DNA of 64,000 bases from Pirellulales bacterium (GTDB lineage: Bacteria; Planctomycetota; Planctomycetia; Pirellulales; PALSA-1355). The stretch covers positions 832,001 through 896,000 of the forward strand of contig CAVTBU010000006.1 in NCBI GenBank assembly GCA_963733035.1, written 5' to 3'. Within the stretch, counting starts at the first letter, position 1. Each line of letters begins with the position of its first letter. Below, in pieces: positions 30,089 through 41,046 of this stretch. The notes under the pieces were generated by a model that was not told the origin of the DNA, searched no databases, and saw only the letters and a list, made by a program, of their open reading frames with translations. Position numbers and translations under genes: made by a program.

Positions 30089-30691
30089 ATGTCGGTCGCG
30101 GATCGTCCCAGTTCCAAGCTGCCACATTCAATCGCCGAGTTCCTGATTCGGCGGCGCATTCTGATTTCCGCGGTGCTGTTTGCGCTGCTCATCGCTCAGG
30201 ATGTGGCTTACGGTCCGAAACCACACGACGTGACCGATTTTCGTGATCCCCTGAGTGTGCTGGGAGTTGTTTTGGTCGTTGTAGGAGTTGGCTTGCGCTC
30301 TTGGTCGGCGGGTATTCTTCGCAAGAATGCCGAGCTAACGATGACCGGTCCCTACGGTTTGATTCGAAATCCACTGTATCTTGGCTCGTTTATGATGATG
30401 TTCGGATTCTGCGCCTTGCTGTCCAATCCGACGAACTTTCTGGTCATCCTCGGTCCAGTACTTTTGATCTACCTAGTCCAAGTGCGGCAAGAAGAGAAGC
30501 TGTTGGCCGATCGATTTCCGGAGCAGTGGGCGGTGTATTCAAAGACCACGCCCCGATTTCTCCCCGGCTTTCGCATTCCGAATCTCGCGGCGCCGTGGAG
30601 TTTTTCTCAGTGGGTACGACATCGCGAGTACCAGGCCGTGTTGACGTCGGCAGCAGCTCTTGCGGCGCTCAAGCTGTGGCACGCGATGTAG
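30089..30691 (+). CDS. isoprenylcysteine carboxylmethyltransferase/PEMT family protein
   Basis: TGPYGLIRNPLYLG, EEKLL, PRFLP. Confidence 0.88.
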   Translation: MSVADRPSSKLPHSIAEFLIRRRILISAVLFALLIAQDVAYGPKPHDVTDFRDPLSVLGVVLVVVGVGLRSWSAGILRKNAELTMTGPYGLIRNPLYLGSFMMMFGFCALLSNPTNFLVILGPVLLIYLVQVRQEEKLLADRFPEQWAVYSKTTPRFLPGFRIPNLAAPWSFSQWVRHREYQAVLTSAAALAALKLWHAM

Positions 30692-30729
30692 GCGCGACGA
30701 GGGTCGGGGGGGGAGGACATTTCGGCTCG

Positions 30730-31911
30730 ATGCGTTTGCTCACCCGGTATGTCCTTCGCGAAATTTCCCTGATCTTTCTTGTGACGTTGTTCGCGCTGAC
30801 CACGTTTATGTTACTAGTCGGCGCCGTACAGGTGGCGATTCAACAAGGATTGGGCGCCAAGCAGATCGTATTGATCCTGCCGTTCCTCTTGCCGCAGGCG
30901 CTGATGTTTGCCATTCCCGGCACGATCCTGTTCGCCGTCTCCATGGTGTACGGGCGGATGTCGGCCTTCAATGAACTGGTAGCGCTCAAGTCGCTGGGGA
31001 TTAGTCCGATGGCGGTGGTTTGGCCGGCATTGGCGCTGGCCACATTGCTTAGCTTCTGGACCGTGTGGCTCAACGACCTGGCCATGAATTGGGGCTACTA
31101 CGGGGTTCAGCAGGTCGTCGTCGACTCGGCCGAAGAAATCGCTTACAGCGTGCTCCGTACGCAAAAAACGTTCAAAAGCGATGCTTTTGAGGTTACCGTG
31201 CGCGACGTCGTGGGACGCGATCTAGTCGATCCGCGATTCCGCATGCCAGCCGGCGATCACGGCGAGATGTTCGATATCGCCGCCAAAACGGCGCAAATTC
31301 GTTCCGTACCCGGTACCGGAAAGCTCACGTTGGTGTTGTACGATACGATCATCGACGGACCGAATAACACGCACGGCGAGTATCCGAACGAAGTGATCGA
31401 GCGCGAGGTCGTGATCAAGGCCAATCACGGGAAAGACCCGTCACCCTCGCATCTCGCGTTGCGAGAGATACCGGATGCGGTGATTCGGCAGCGCGAGCTC
31501 ATCGAGGAATTGGGCGAGCGGATGGTCGCGCGGGCCGGATTACAGATCCTTGAGGGGGAATTTGACGGTATTTCGACGGTTGCCTGGAAGGATGAAGCCA
31601 AGAACCTGCAATTTCAAAAATACCAACTCTATCGAATGTTGACCGAGCCGCCGCGACGCTGGGCCAACGGTTTTAGCTGCCTCTGCTTCGCGCTTGTCGG
31701 CACGGCGATGGCGATACGCATGCGAAACGCCGACGTCCTGACAAGCTTCGCGCTTTGCTTCTTTCCCATTCTACTGGTCTATTATCCGCTGTTGGCTTTC
31801 GGGCTCGATCGTGCAAAAGCCGGCGAGATTCACCCCTACGCCGTGTGGCTGGCTAACAGCATTCTGGTTCTCTGGGGTCTCTATCTGTTACGCCGCGTGA
31901 TTCGCTACTGA
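30730..31911 (+). CDS. LptF/LptG family permease
   Basis: LLTRYVLRE, YGRMSAFNELVALKSLGIS, AVWLAN. Confidence 0.9.
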   Translation: MRLLTRYVLREISLIFLVTLFALTTFMLLVGAVQVAIQQGLGAKQIVLILPFLLPQALMFAIPGTILFAVSMVYGRMSAFNELVALKSLGISPMAVVWPALALATLLSFWTVWLNDLAMNWGYYGVQQVVVDSAEEIAYSVLRTQKTFKSDAFEVTVRDVVGRDLVDPRFRMPAGDHGEMFDIAAKTAQIRSVPGTGKLTLVLYDTIIDGPNNTHGEYPNEVIEREVVIKANHGKDPSPSHLALREIPDAVIRQRELIEELGERMVARAGLQILEGEFDGISTVAWKDEAKNLQFQKYQLYRMLTEPPRRWANGFSCLCFALVGTAMAIRMRNADVLTSFALCFFPILLVYYPLLAFGLDRAKAGEIHPYAVWLANSILVLWGLYLLRRVIRY

Positions 31912-31927
31912 GCCACTCCGGCGATGG

Positions 31928-33286
31928 CTAAACCCCAACGCGTTTCCAACCGCCGTGCACAAATCGCACGCCCACGAGCAAGCAGCGCAGCAGTAAATCG
32001 ATGACCATGGCATACCACGCGCCGTTCACGCCCCATTGCCAGGCGATTACAAAAAGGTATGCCAGGGGTAATCGCACGCCGAGAAACCCCAGGAACGTCA
32101 CGGCCAACGGCCAGCGAGTGTCGCCGGCCCCACGCAGCGCGCCAGTGAGGACCTGCATGATTGCCAATGGCGGCATGGCCACCGACACGATCTGCAGCAG
32201 CGCAGGCGCGATCGCTAGCACGCCTGTTTGTTGGGAATTCAAGAACAATGCCACGAGCGGCTCCGCGCCGAAAAACAAGACCAAGCCGGCAACGGTCAAC
32301 AGCCCGCCATTCAAAACGCACGCCACGACAATGCTGCGTGTGGCGCGGCGGTATTCCTTTGCCCCCAAGAATTGCCCGGATAGCGTCGCGGCCGCGATTT
32401 GAAAGGCATAGCCGGGTAAATAGGCAATGGATTCGATGCGAATGGCCACGCCGTGGGCGGCCAACTCATCAGTCGACAGTCGGCTAATGAACGACAGGAA
32501 TACAAGTTGCAAGAACACGAGTGAGAGCACGTCGATTCCGCCGGGAACACCGATCCGCAAGATCCGCCGCATCAGCTCCGTGTCGGGCTTGAGCAGTCGC
32601 GGTTGAATGCGAAGTCCGACGCGGCCTCGCAAGAGCACGATAAAGGGGATCAATCCGCCAAGGGCATGTCCGCAGGCGGTTCCAATGGCCAGCCCGTCCC
32701 AGCCCAACGTCGGCAGCGGGCCTGCGCCAGAGACAAGTCCCCAGGAAATTGCAATGTTGGTGACGTTTACCAGGATCATGGCCACCAAGCCGGTTACCAT
32801 GTCACCAGCCCCGCGTAGGCAGGCGATGCCAATCGCCTCAAGCATCATCAAGGGGAGCATAGGGACTAAAATGTTTAGATATCGCGTCGCCAAGGGCGCC
32901 GCGTCTCCCTCCAGCCCTAAGGCGGCGGCGACGTAATTGCTTCCCAGCACAGCGATCGTCGTAAACAGAATCGCAAATAGGGTTCCCAGCACGAATGACT
33001 GCCCTACGACGCGATTGGCCGCAGCCGGATCTCTGGCCCCTTTGAATCGTGCGACCATCGCCAGTGCGCCGATAGCCACGACGGAGAACAGGTTGGTCAT
33101 CAACCACAGGGCGTACGAGATAACCGTCATCGCAGCCAAATGCGATTCGCTCAGATAGTGGCCCGCGAGCAGGGTGTCGGAAAATCCGACCAGCATCACT
33201 AACAGCTGCTCGATGAGCACCGGCCAGACCAAATGCAGCAGCGGTGCCAGAGTGCCGGTCTGAGAGTCGATGGGAGAGACCTTCAA
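31928..33286 (-). CDS. MATE family efflux transporter
   Basis: Two LRGAGD motifs, ILRIGVP, GQFLGA, many TM helices. Confidence 0.93.
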   Translation of the reverse strand: MKVSPIDSQTGTLAPLLHLVWPVLIEQLLVMLVGFSDTLLAGHYLSESHLAAMTVISYALWLMTNLFSVVAIGALAMVARFKGARDPAAANRVVGQSFVLGTLFAILFTTIAVLGSNYVAAALGLEGDAAPLATRYLNILVPMLPLMMLEAIGIACLRGAGDMVTGLVAMILVNVTNIAISWGLVSGAGPLPTLGWDGLAIGTACGHALGGLIPFIVLLRGRVGLRIQPRLLKPDTELMRRILRIGVPGGIDVLSLVFLQLVFLSFISRLSTDELAAHGVAIRIESIAYLPGYAFQIAAATLSGQFLGAKEYRRATRSIVVACVLNGGLLTVAGLVLFFGAEPLVALFLNSQQTGVLAIAPALLQIVSVAMPPLAIMQVLTGALRGAGDTRWPLAVTFLGFLGVRLPLAYLFVIAWQWGVNGAWYAMVIDLLLRCLLVGVRFVHGGWKRVGV

Positions 33287-33473
33287 GACGTGCTCGCTAC
33301 AGTGGGAGGAACGTGGGGCAAACCAAAGTCAGGAGAGCGCGACCGGCGAAAGGTTCCCATGCCATACTTTAACGAGGTGGACGTTCTTGCGACAATCGTT
33401 CGAGGGGGCGACCCGCAGGCGTCTCTGGCCTAGAATGGTGTGGAATTGCCAGATCGAATCCGAGGAGCACCGC

Positions 33474-33839
33474 ATGTATGTCGTGACCAATCGCATCCCG
33501 GTCGCTAAGGGCCACGAGATCGATTTCGAGGATCGCTTTCGCAACCGAGTGCATCTGGTCGACCAGGCGCCGGGCTTCATCCGCAACGAAGTGCATCGTC
33601 CACGGCCGATGAAGTTCGACCACGAGACGGGGAATTTCATCGACGATCCCACGAGCGAAGGCTACTACGAGGTGAAGACCTGGTGGCGTTCGCTCGATGA
33701 CTTCGTGGCCTGGACCAGGAGTGAAGCGTTTGCCAAGGCCCACGCCAACCGAGCTCCCAAGGAAATGTTTCGCGGGCCCAGTCAGCTTGACGTACACGAA
33801 GTATTCCTGTCGACGGACCAAGACCAACCCCCTGTCTAG
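33474..33839 (+). CDS. antibiotic biosynthesis monooxygenase (IsdG/HmoA-like)
   Basis: MYVVTNRI, FEDRF, PGF, WTRSEAFAKAH. Confidence 0.88.
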   Translation: MYVVTNRIPVAKGHEIDFEDRFRNRVHLVDQAPGFIRNEVHRPRPMKFDHETGNFIDDPTSEGYYEVKTWWRSLDDFVAWTRSEAFAKAHANRAPKEMFRGPSQLDVHEVFLSTDQDQPPV

Positions 33840-33856
33840 CGCGAGATCGTTTGATC

Positions 33857-34138
33857 ATGGATTCCACCGATCGGCACCACTATGCTGCCGCCTACCGCGC
33901 CTTGGCTGAGATTCTGGCCCGCGAGCGCCCGGCGGACCGCCCGGAGAACCATCTTTCCTACAGTTTGGGTGACCTCGCGGCGCGAATTTTCGTGGGTACG
34001 GAGTTTCTGCCTCCCGACGAGCTTTTGGAGCAGGTGACGGAAGTGCTTCGCAGCGGCGATCAGTCCAGACAGCACGCCCTGGCGAAGCGTCTCCAAGACC
34101 ATGCCCGGCACCTGGACGATTTTGTTAATGGGCGCTGA
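33857..34138 (+). CDS. hypothetical protein
   Basis: Co-directional ORF 17 nt after the ABM gene. Confidence 0.6.
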   Translation: MDSTDRHHYAAAYRALAEILARERPADRPENHLSYSLGDLAARIFVGTEFLPPDELLEQVTEVLRSGDQSRQHALAKRLQDHARHLDDFVNGR

Positions 34139-34171
34139 CGGCAGGTCTACGAGTGGCCCAGCGCCGGCGAG

Positions 34172-34534
34172 CTATGGCGACCAATCCAACTCGCTGCCAC
34201 AGCTAGGGCAGGGAGATTGACGCGGCTCGACCAACGCTCCGCAGTGATAGCAAATCGACTCGGTCGAGTCGTTTATCATGCTACGTCGTGACAATCGGCG
34301 CTCGAAATCAGAAACCATCGAACGCGCGCGATCAGCGTCACGTTTGTCGACCCACACGGGGCAGGTCGCACGCTGAAAGGGCACGTCGCCGACAAGGTTT
34401 TCAACTGCGTTGCTGGCCAACCTGGCGTTAATCCCGGCGTCTGCCAGCAGATCGATCAGCATTTGAGCCTGCCAGGTATTCCAGGCCTCGTAGATCTGAA
34501 CCGGCTCGTCCGTGTCGCGTGAAGCTCGACTCAT
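34172..34534 (-). CDS. DUF2007-like protein with C-terminal zinc ribbon
   Basis: AQMLIDLLADAGI, V..RDADRA, CYHC...CPSC. Confidence 0.8.
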   Translation of the reverse strand: MSRASRDTDEPVQIYEAWNTWQAQMLIDLLADAGINARLASNAVENLVGDVPFQRATCPVWVDKRDADRARSMVSDFERRLSRRSMINDSTESICYHCGALVEPRQSPCPSCGSELDWSP

Positions 34535-34849
34535 CGCCGGATTCCTAATCAGTGCGGTTCGACAAGGTCCTTCGTTGCACCTGCGTATTCTTGGCTTCCG
34601 CCGCGGCAAAGGCAAATATCCCTAGGCTGGAAATCATCGTTTCGCGATACAGCGGTGCGTTCGCCGCCAGGTTTGGTGACGCGATTGGGCCGCACCGGGC
34701 AGCTAGGGAACTTTGGCATGCACCCTATTTGGCGGAGAGGATTCGGCGCCCACAGAAAATGCTCATAGAAATGAAACAGGGACTGGCGCCCGAGGTAATC
34801 GTTGTACCCGCAGAAGCCACTGGTGGCGAAGCAGTCGTCCGCGTGTGGT

Positions 34850-36127
34850 TCAGGCGAACAACTCGCTAATCACCTTTCCGCCGTTAGCGATTTTCATGGG
34901 GCGGCCGTTCTTGCTGGTGAAAGTGGTCTCCAGCGAGATGCCCAGTGCTTGGCAGACTGTAGCCATAACATCCTGGGAGCTATAAGGCTCGCTATCAATG
35001 TCGGTGCCATCGGCAGTCGTGCGGCCAACAGCGATGCCACCTTTCATGCCGGCGCCGCCGAGCACAACACTCCAACTCCGCGCCCAATGGTCGCGGCCGG
35101 CCGTGGCGTTGATGCGAGGAGTGCGGCCGAACTCGCCCATCCAGATGATGGCCGTGTCGGCGAGCAAGCCGCGCTCGTCAAGATCGCTCACCAGCGAGCT
35201 CATCGCCTTGTCCATCTCGGGCAGCTTGTTGTTCGACAGCGTGGTGAAGTTGTTTTGATGTGTATCCCACCCGCCGAGATCGACTTCGACGAACGCCACT
35301 CCTTGTTCGACCAACCGGCGGGCCATCAGGCAACCGCGACCAAAGCCTGTATTGCCGTAGCGCTCGCGGGTCGTTTCGTCCTCCTTGTTGACTTTGAAGG
35401 CGTCCATCTGCTTGCTTGTCATCAGGCCAACGGTCTTCTCCAGAATGCCCGCGTGGTCGACAGCCAATTGTCCGCGGTTCTGTTGAATGAAGTTCTTTTC
35501 GAGCGAAGCGAGCATTTGCATTCGCTCGCCGAGCCGATAGTCGTCGACCGACATTTTCAGATTTCGCACGTTACCGTTTGAATTGACAACGAACGGGGCA
35601 TAAGTCATTCCCAGAAAACCGGGGCCTACACTGCCGCCCCCGACCGCCACGAACGGAGGAATATCGAGATTCAATTCCTTCGTCTGATCGGCCAGCATGT
35701 GACTGATCACCGAGCCGTAGCCCGGGTGTTCGATGTTCGGGTTGGGTACATAGCCGGTATGCATGTAGTAGCGCCCACGATTGTGGTCGGCTTCGCGAGT
35801 GCTCATCGAACGGACGATTGACAGGTGATGCATCTGCTTGGCGGTGAGCGGTAGATGCTCGCAAATCTGTTCGCCGCCCGAAGTGCCGATGGGCTGAAAC
35901 ATGCCGCCGGTCGGAGCGCCGGGTTTGAGATCCCAGATATCGATCGTTGCGGGCCCACCGCCCATCCAGAGCATGATGGCTGATTTGTGTCTTTTCTTCA
36001 GATCAGCGGCGTGCGCCCGCAGGGTCGAAGTGAAGGCCATCGCTGGCAGCGCCAAGGCTGAGGCACCGGCCAAGTGTTCGAGAAAATGGCGGCGAGTCAT
36101 TCCGCGAGGCGTGGGCTGATTCATCAT
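34850..36127 (-). CDS. DUF1501 domain protein
   Basis: TRRHFL Tat motif, LWMGGG, FGRGCLMARRLVE, GWDTH, GEFGRTP. Confidence 0.95.
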   Translation of the reverse strand: MMNQPTPRGMTRRHFLEHLAGASALALPAMAFTSTLRAHAADLKKRHKSAIMLWMGGGPATIDIWDLKPGAPTGGMFQPIGTSGGEQICEHLPLTAKQMHHLSIVRSMSTREADHNRGRYYMHTGYVPNPNIEHPGYGSVISHMLADQTKELNLDIPPFVAVGGGSVGPGFLGMTYAPFVVNSNGNVRNLKMSVDDYRLGERMQMLASLEKNFIQQNRGQLAVDHAGILEKTVGLMTSKQMDAFKVNKEDETTRERYGNTGFGRGCLMARRLVEQGVAFVEVDLGGWDTHQNNFTTLSNNKLPEMDKAMSSLVSDLDERGLLADTAIIWMGEFGRTPRINATAGRDHWARSWSVVLGGAGMKGGIAVGRTTADGTDIDSEPYSSQDVMATVCQALGISLETTFTSKNGRPMKIANGGKVISELFA

Positions 36128-36202
36128 GGCCAATTCTCAAGTGAAGGTTGTGGGGTGTGCTAGCTGAGATTGCGTGGACAAGAGGCGGGTGATCTTTGCA
36201 GG

Positions 36203-37930
36203 TCAGTGATTGAAGATGAATTCGTTGCTATTGAGTAAAGCCCACCACACGTCTTGCATTGCCGCCGCGGAATCACCTTTGCGAAGTCGCAATAGATCGT
36301 TGGCTGCTGAAATTTCTCTGCCGACCGGTCGACGAGCCAGAGCCGCCAGATACAAGTGGTTGATTTTGGCCGCATTACTCATTTTCGCATCATTGGCTAT
36401 GCGATACAAGAAACTGCCTTTTTCGATGCTGGTCGCCTTGTTGATCAAATCACCGTTCATCATCATCAGAGCTTGAGGAATGGTACCGTTGAAAGTGGTC
36501 GTTTCCGCGTTGTCGTCCGTGCCAAATGCCAGCGTGAATTGGTTCAACCATTCGCGTTTCGTTGCTTCACGCTGTTCGTAGCTGGTGGCTGTGCGGTCGG
36601 CTTCGGTGGCCGCCAACAGCGACTCATAGAGCTCCTCGGCTCGCATTTGACGAAGGTAAAAGTGACTGAACGACGGACGCTGGCCAAGTGCCGGATCGTC
36701 GTCCTTGTTGCGCGGTGTCATCTTGCTCGACAGCCCGTACGGTTCGCTGAGCAGGATCCACATCATCAATTGCTTCAAGTCGTAGCTGTGTAACTTGAAT
36801 TCATTGGACAACGCCTCGAGCAACTCGGGGTGGCTCGGCGGATTGTGGGGGCCCATGTCGTCGATTGGCTTAGTGAAACCATAACCCAGAAAATGGCTCC
36901 ACATTCGATTGATGATTGCAGGCGCGAGATACTCGGAGTTGACGATCAGGTTGGCGAGTTCCGTGCGACGGTCGACATCGGCCACGTAGCCACTGTTACT
37001 TTCGAGCGTTTGCCCATCGACGAATACCGGGTAGGCAGCCTTTGACAGCCCATTGCGCAATTCATAAAACAGGACGGCTTCCTCGGGCCGGTTGTTCTCG
37101 CCCGCGAAGTCCTGATTGACCAGCTCGATCGATTCAATGTCGCGGCGATTTTCAAAGCGGCGCAGCGCTCTGGTCTGACGAAAGAAGGCGTTCATTTCCC
37201 AGAACTGGTTCTGTTTCCAGTCGTTGAACGGGTGATTGTGGCACTGCGTGCATTGGATTTGCAGTCCGAGAAAGATTTGGGCCGTTTTGGCCGTTGCTTG
37301 GACAGCGTTGTCCTCAAGGTTGCCGGCCATGAAGTTCACGAAACCATTGAAGTCTTTCTCGCCCGGTTTGCTGACCCCTTTGGCGCAGATCAGCTCGAAC
37401 ACGAGACGATCGTAGGTCATGTTGCGCTGGAGCGCGCGGCGGAGCGATTGAGCCAACCCTTCACGATTCACCAGAGAGCGGCGATCGGTGCCGCCAGACC
37501 TGCCGACTAGGATGTTCGTCCAGAGCGTCGTCCAGTTGCTCGCGTACTCCTCGATGTATTCATCGCCGAGCAGCCGGCTAACCAGCCGTAGTTTGCGCTC
37601 GGCGGCCGGCTCCGACAAAAACCGTTCCAGCTCGTCGACCTTGGGGACGCGCCCCAGCACGTCGAGATAGACCCGACGGCACCACTCGCCATCGGTGGCG
37701 TCGGGCGAGGGTGTGAGTTTATTGGCCTCCCAATGTGCACGGATCAGGCGATCAATCAGCGCAACCTGGGGGAAGGGGGGAGTACCAGCCGGAGATCCGG
37801 CGGCCACGCCTGGACGCGGCAGCACCGCGACCGTCAGCAGCAAGGCGACGGCCGCGGCCCGCGCCGGCCCAAACATGTGGCAAGTGGAGCACCCTCGAAA
37901 CAACGCAAATAGTCCCTGCGTCAGTGCCAT
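36203..37930 (-). CDS. DUF1549/DUF1553 domain protein
   Basis: RRVYLDVLGRVP, CTQCHNHPF, NRMW, PPSHPELL, WALLNSNEFIFNH. Confidence 0.93.
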   Translation of the reverse strand: MALTQGLFALFRGCSTCHMFGPARAAAVALLLTVAVLPRPGVAAGSPAGTPPFPQVALIDRLIRAHWEANKLTPSPDATDGEWCRRVYLDVLGRVPKVDELERFLSEPAAERKLRLVSRLLGDEYIEEYASNWTTLWTNILVGRSGGTDRRSLVNREGLAQSLRRALQRNMTYDRLVFELICAKGVSKPGEKDFNGFVNFMAGNLEDNAVQATAKTAQIFLGLQIQCTQCHNHPFNDWKQNQFWEMNAFFRQTRALRRFENRRDIESIELVNQDFAGENNRPEEAVLFYELRNGLSKAAYPVFVDGQTLESNSGYVADVDRRTELANLIVNSEYLAPAIINRMWSHFLGYGFTKPIDDMGPHNPPSHPELLEALSNEFKLHSYDLKQLMMWILLSEPYGLSSKMTPRNKDDDPALGQRPSFSHFYLRQMRAEELYESLLAATEADRTATSYEQREATKREWLNQFTLAFGTDDNAETTTFNGTIPQALMMMNGDLINKATSIEKGSFLYRIANDAKMSNAAKINHLYLAALARRPVGREISAANDLLRLRKGDSAAAMQDVWWALLNSNEFIFNH

Positions 37931-38213
37931 TGGAAGGCCAAATTGTACGGCGAAAGCATTCGCCCAAACATCGCCCGCGACAAGACTCCTCCACCGGGCG
38001 CGACTGGGCTAAAGCCAAGTGGCAAGGGGGGGCTGATCGACATCCTGCCGGCCAAATCTGAACCCCAAGCTTTTCGGCCTACAATTCGGCGGCCGCAGGG
38101 CGATTTATTGCAGGAAATTTTTTTCGCGGAATTTTTTCGAGACTAAAGCAGGGACGTCTTTGCTATGTATCGTTTTAATGCATGTGTATCATTTTGCTGT
38201 ATTGAAATGCAAC

Positions 38214-38258
38214 AGGCGAGTTGGAACCTTAAGACTGCATTCAGGTTCCAACTCGCCT
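38214..38258. terminator. perfect 16-bp stem hairpin
   Basis: AGGCGAGTTGGAACCT-N13-AGGTTCCAACTCGCCT. Confidence 0.7.
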
Positions 38259-38463
38259 TTGTGAAGCACGAAAACGCGCCTCCTCTTCGGACTCACGACA
38301 CTGGCCTCGCTGTTCCTGCAGGCCGTAAGTCCTTATTTCCTTTGCGCTTTCGCAGTTTGTTGCCATACCTCTTCTAGTAGCCGGCCCCAAAACTTGCTCT
38401 TCTCTGTTTCGGCCCCGACAGCCTCGTAAGGCATGACCTCTTCTGCTCCGCAGGGACTGAATA

Positions 38464-38478
38464 GCAAGCAGCGTGCCA
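38464..38478 (-). promoter_or_regulatory. sigma54 -24/-12 promoter
   Basis: TGGCAC-GCTGC-TTGC consensus match in an intergenic region. Confidence 0.65.
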
Positions 38479-38536
38479 AACTCGATCGCGCTGCGATCGG
38501 GGGCACCAGCTGCGGATTTCTTTCGCGGGCAGTCGT

Positions 38537-40534
38537 CTAGGCGGTGTCCTTGAATTGCATCTGATGCAGACGACGGTATAAGTCGCAGCGACCGAGCAGT
38601 TGATCGTGCGTTCCCAAATCGGCGATTTGTCCGCCGTTCATTACCAGCACACGGTCGGCTAGCGCTAACGTCGCCATTCGATGCGTGATGATTACGGTCG
38701 TCCGGTGCCGGATGAATTGCTCGAGCACTTTGTGAATCAGTTGCTCGCTTTCCAGATCGATCTGACTCGTCGCTTCGTCCAAAATCATGATCGCCGGATC
38801 GCGCAAGATCGCCCGCGCCAGGGCAATCCGCTGCCTTTGCCCTCCGGACAATCGGCCACCGCTCTGACCGACGATGGTTTCGTAACCCTGCTCGAGTTTC
38901 TGTTCGATGAATTTATGTGCATGGGCCTGTTTGGCGGCTTCGATGACTTGAGTCCGCGTGGCCTGAGGACAGCCGTATCGGATGTTGTTGAATACCGTAT
39001 CGTCGAAGAGCAACGTTTCCTGATTTACCAGGCCGATCTGCAAGCGGAGATCACGCAGGCGCACGTCGCGCAGATCCGCACCGTCAATTCGCACGCTGCC
39101 GGCGACTGGATCAAAGAATCTTGGAATCAAATTGGCAAGCGTGCTTTTTCCGCAACCGTTGGGGCCCACGATGGCCAGGGTTTCGCCAAACGGGATTTGC
39201 AGGTTGATGTCCTCGAGCACCGGCTGGCCCGCCGTGTAACGGAACGCGACGCCCTCGAAGGTCAGATCGCGGTGATGCCGGCCGAACATCCGCGGTTGCG
39301 GGGGATCGCTGACAGTCGGCTCGCGGTCGAGCGCGTAGAACACGCGGTCGGCGGCAGCCGAGGCGCGTTGCAGCTTGCTGAACACTTCCGACAAGCGTCG
39401 GGCTGGATCGCTCACGCCTGCCAACGAGCCGTAGAAGGCCATCAGAGCGCTCAGCGACAGGGGCTGGCTTGACATCTTGATGCCGAACAGATGCGTTTCG
39501 CCCGAGATCACCAAATAGGCGCCAAACAGCACAGCCAGGCAGATCGTCGCGATGCCCATCACTTCCATTATGGGGTTGACCATCGCATCGACGATCGCGA
39601 TCCGCATGGCCTTCTTGTAACACTTCTTGCTGGTTTTATGGAAACGGCGTCGCTCATAGCGTTCCATCGTGAAGGCTTTGACGACTTTGATGCCGCTGAA
39701 CGTCTCGACCAGGATTCCGTATAGCGATGACATCTCCTCGAGCGCCTTGCGGTTGGCACGCTTAAGCGTCTTGGCCAGCACGCCAATCAGGAATCCCGCG
39801 AGCGGCGCCACGACTAGCGATAAGAGCAACAATTGCCAACTAATGTAGGCAGCGAGGAGGATACAGGAGAGTGCCTTGAGCGGCTCGCGGACGGTCTTGC
39901 CAAACAGCGTTTGGATGCCGCCGGCGAGGTTGTCCAAATCGTAGGTGAATCGCGACAACAGGTCGCTCGTGCCGCTTTCGGTGAACGTGCCCAAGTCCAT
40001 GCGTAGCGAGCGGCGATAGAACTGCTTGCGCAGATCGAAGGTGGCTAGTTGTGCCACTCGATCGACGAGGATCAGACTCACCGCCAGGAACGTATCCTTG
40101 ACGACGGTTGCCGCCAGTAGCAGGCCAACCAGCACGGCCAGCGTACGAAACGGATCTTTAGGCAAGTAGGCGTCGATCCAGGGCTTCAGTCGGCGACTGA
40201 GATGCAGGTCGCGCTCGGCCATTTCGCGCCGATTGCTGACGGCTCGCAAGTCGCTTGCGATCCCGCGCTTGGCGTCGGCCGGAGCTTGGGCCAGCTTATC
40301 TTGCAGCGTCTTGGCGCGGGCAGTTTCCGCCGCGATGGTTGACTCTGCTTCCTCGATTGACTTGTCGACCCAGGTACTCAGACTCTGCTTGTTGCCGACC
40401 ACCTCGACAATCGGGTACAGAAACCCAATGTTGGCGCCCCAGAGGGCTGCCACAATGAGTGCGCAGACGACCGATGCGGCTACCGTCCAATAGTACCGCA
40501 GCGCCATGCGCACGACGCGCCCGAAATTACCCAT
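38537..40534 (-). CDS. ABC transporter permease/ATP-binding protein (MsbA-like)
   Basis: GPNGCGKS, LSGGQRQR, ILDEATS; N-terminal TMD. Confidence 0.95.
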   Translation of the reverse strand: MGNFGRVVRMALRYYWTVAASVVCALIVAALWGANIGFLYPIVEVVGNKQSLSTWVDKSIEEAESTIAAETARAKTLQDKLAQAPADAKRGIASDLRAVSNRREMAERDLHLSRRLKPWIDAYLPKDPFRTLAVLVGLLLAATVVKDTFLAVSLILVDRVAQLATFDLRKQFYRRSLRMDLGTFTESGTSDLLSRFTYDLDNLAGGIQTLFGKTVREPLKALSCILLAAYISWQLLLLSLVVAPLAGFLIGVLAKTLKRANRKALEEMSSLYGILVETFSGIKVVKAFTMERYERRRFHKTSKKCYKKAMRIAIVDAMVNPIMEVMGIATICLAVLFGAYLVISGETHLFGIKMSSQPLSLSALMAFYGSLAGVSDPARRLSEVFSKLQRASAAADRVFYALDREPTVSDPPQPRMFGRHHRDLTFEGVAFRYTAGQPVLEDINLQIPFGETLAIVGPNGCGKSTLANLIPRFFDPVAGSVRIDGADLRDVRLRDLRLQIGLVNQETLLFDDTVFNNIRYGCPQATRTQVIEAAKQAHAHKFIEQKLEQGYETIVGQSGGRLSGGQRQRIALARAILRDPAIMILDEATSQIDLESEQLIHKVLEQFIRHRTTVIITHRMATLALADRVLVMNGGQIADLGTHDQLLGRCDLYRRLHQMQFKDTA

Positions 40535-41046
40535 CCGTGAATGCTTCCCTGCGCGAGTACTTGGATTGCTGTCGTTATGCCGGCGCTGCGACCTCAATTT
40601 CCTCACAAGGTGCGAATCTTCGCCGGGCACGATCCTCTAGACCGGCTCTTTTAACAGATTGCCAGACGAGGGCCAAGTCCGACGCTGGCTGCGTCAAACC
40701 CTATCGCCATCGGCCGGTGGGCGAAGCCCTGCGGCGCCGAACTACTGGCGCTGCTAGCGTCGCGTGTCCGGATCGAAATCGAGATGCCTCCGGTTGTATG
40801 GGAAGTGCACACTGTGCCGATTTGTTCAACTCTGCCGGATTTGCCGGCCGATGTTCCCTGTAGGTCAAAGGCGGCCAACCGCCGCCCCGAGTCGCACTCG
40901 CCAGGTAGCGGGGGCGGCTCACGACCTTGCGACCACTGATCAAACCGTCCAAGGCTTCGATCCAGGGGGGATTCGAGCTGAGAAACTGCCGGCCGTTTTG
41001 GCGCCGGCTGTTGGACTTCATTCAGCGAGAAAGGATGCAAGCGACG

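Noticed and set aside
30301..30729. N-terminal extension of LptF/G
   Set aside because: Overlaps the methyltransferase gene; family similarity starts at ATG 30730
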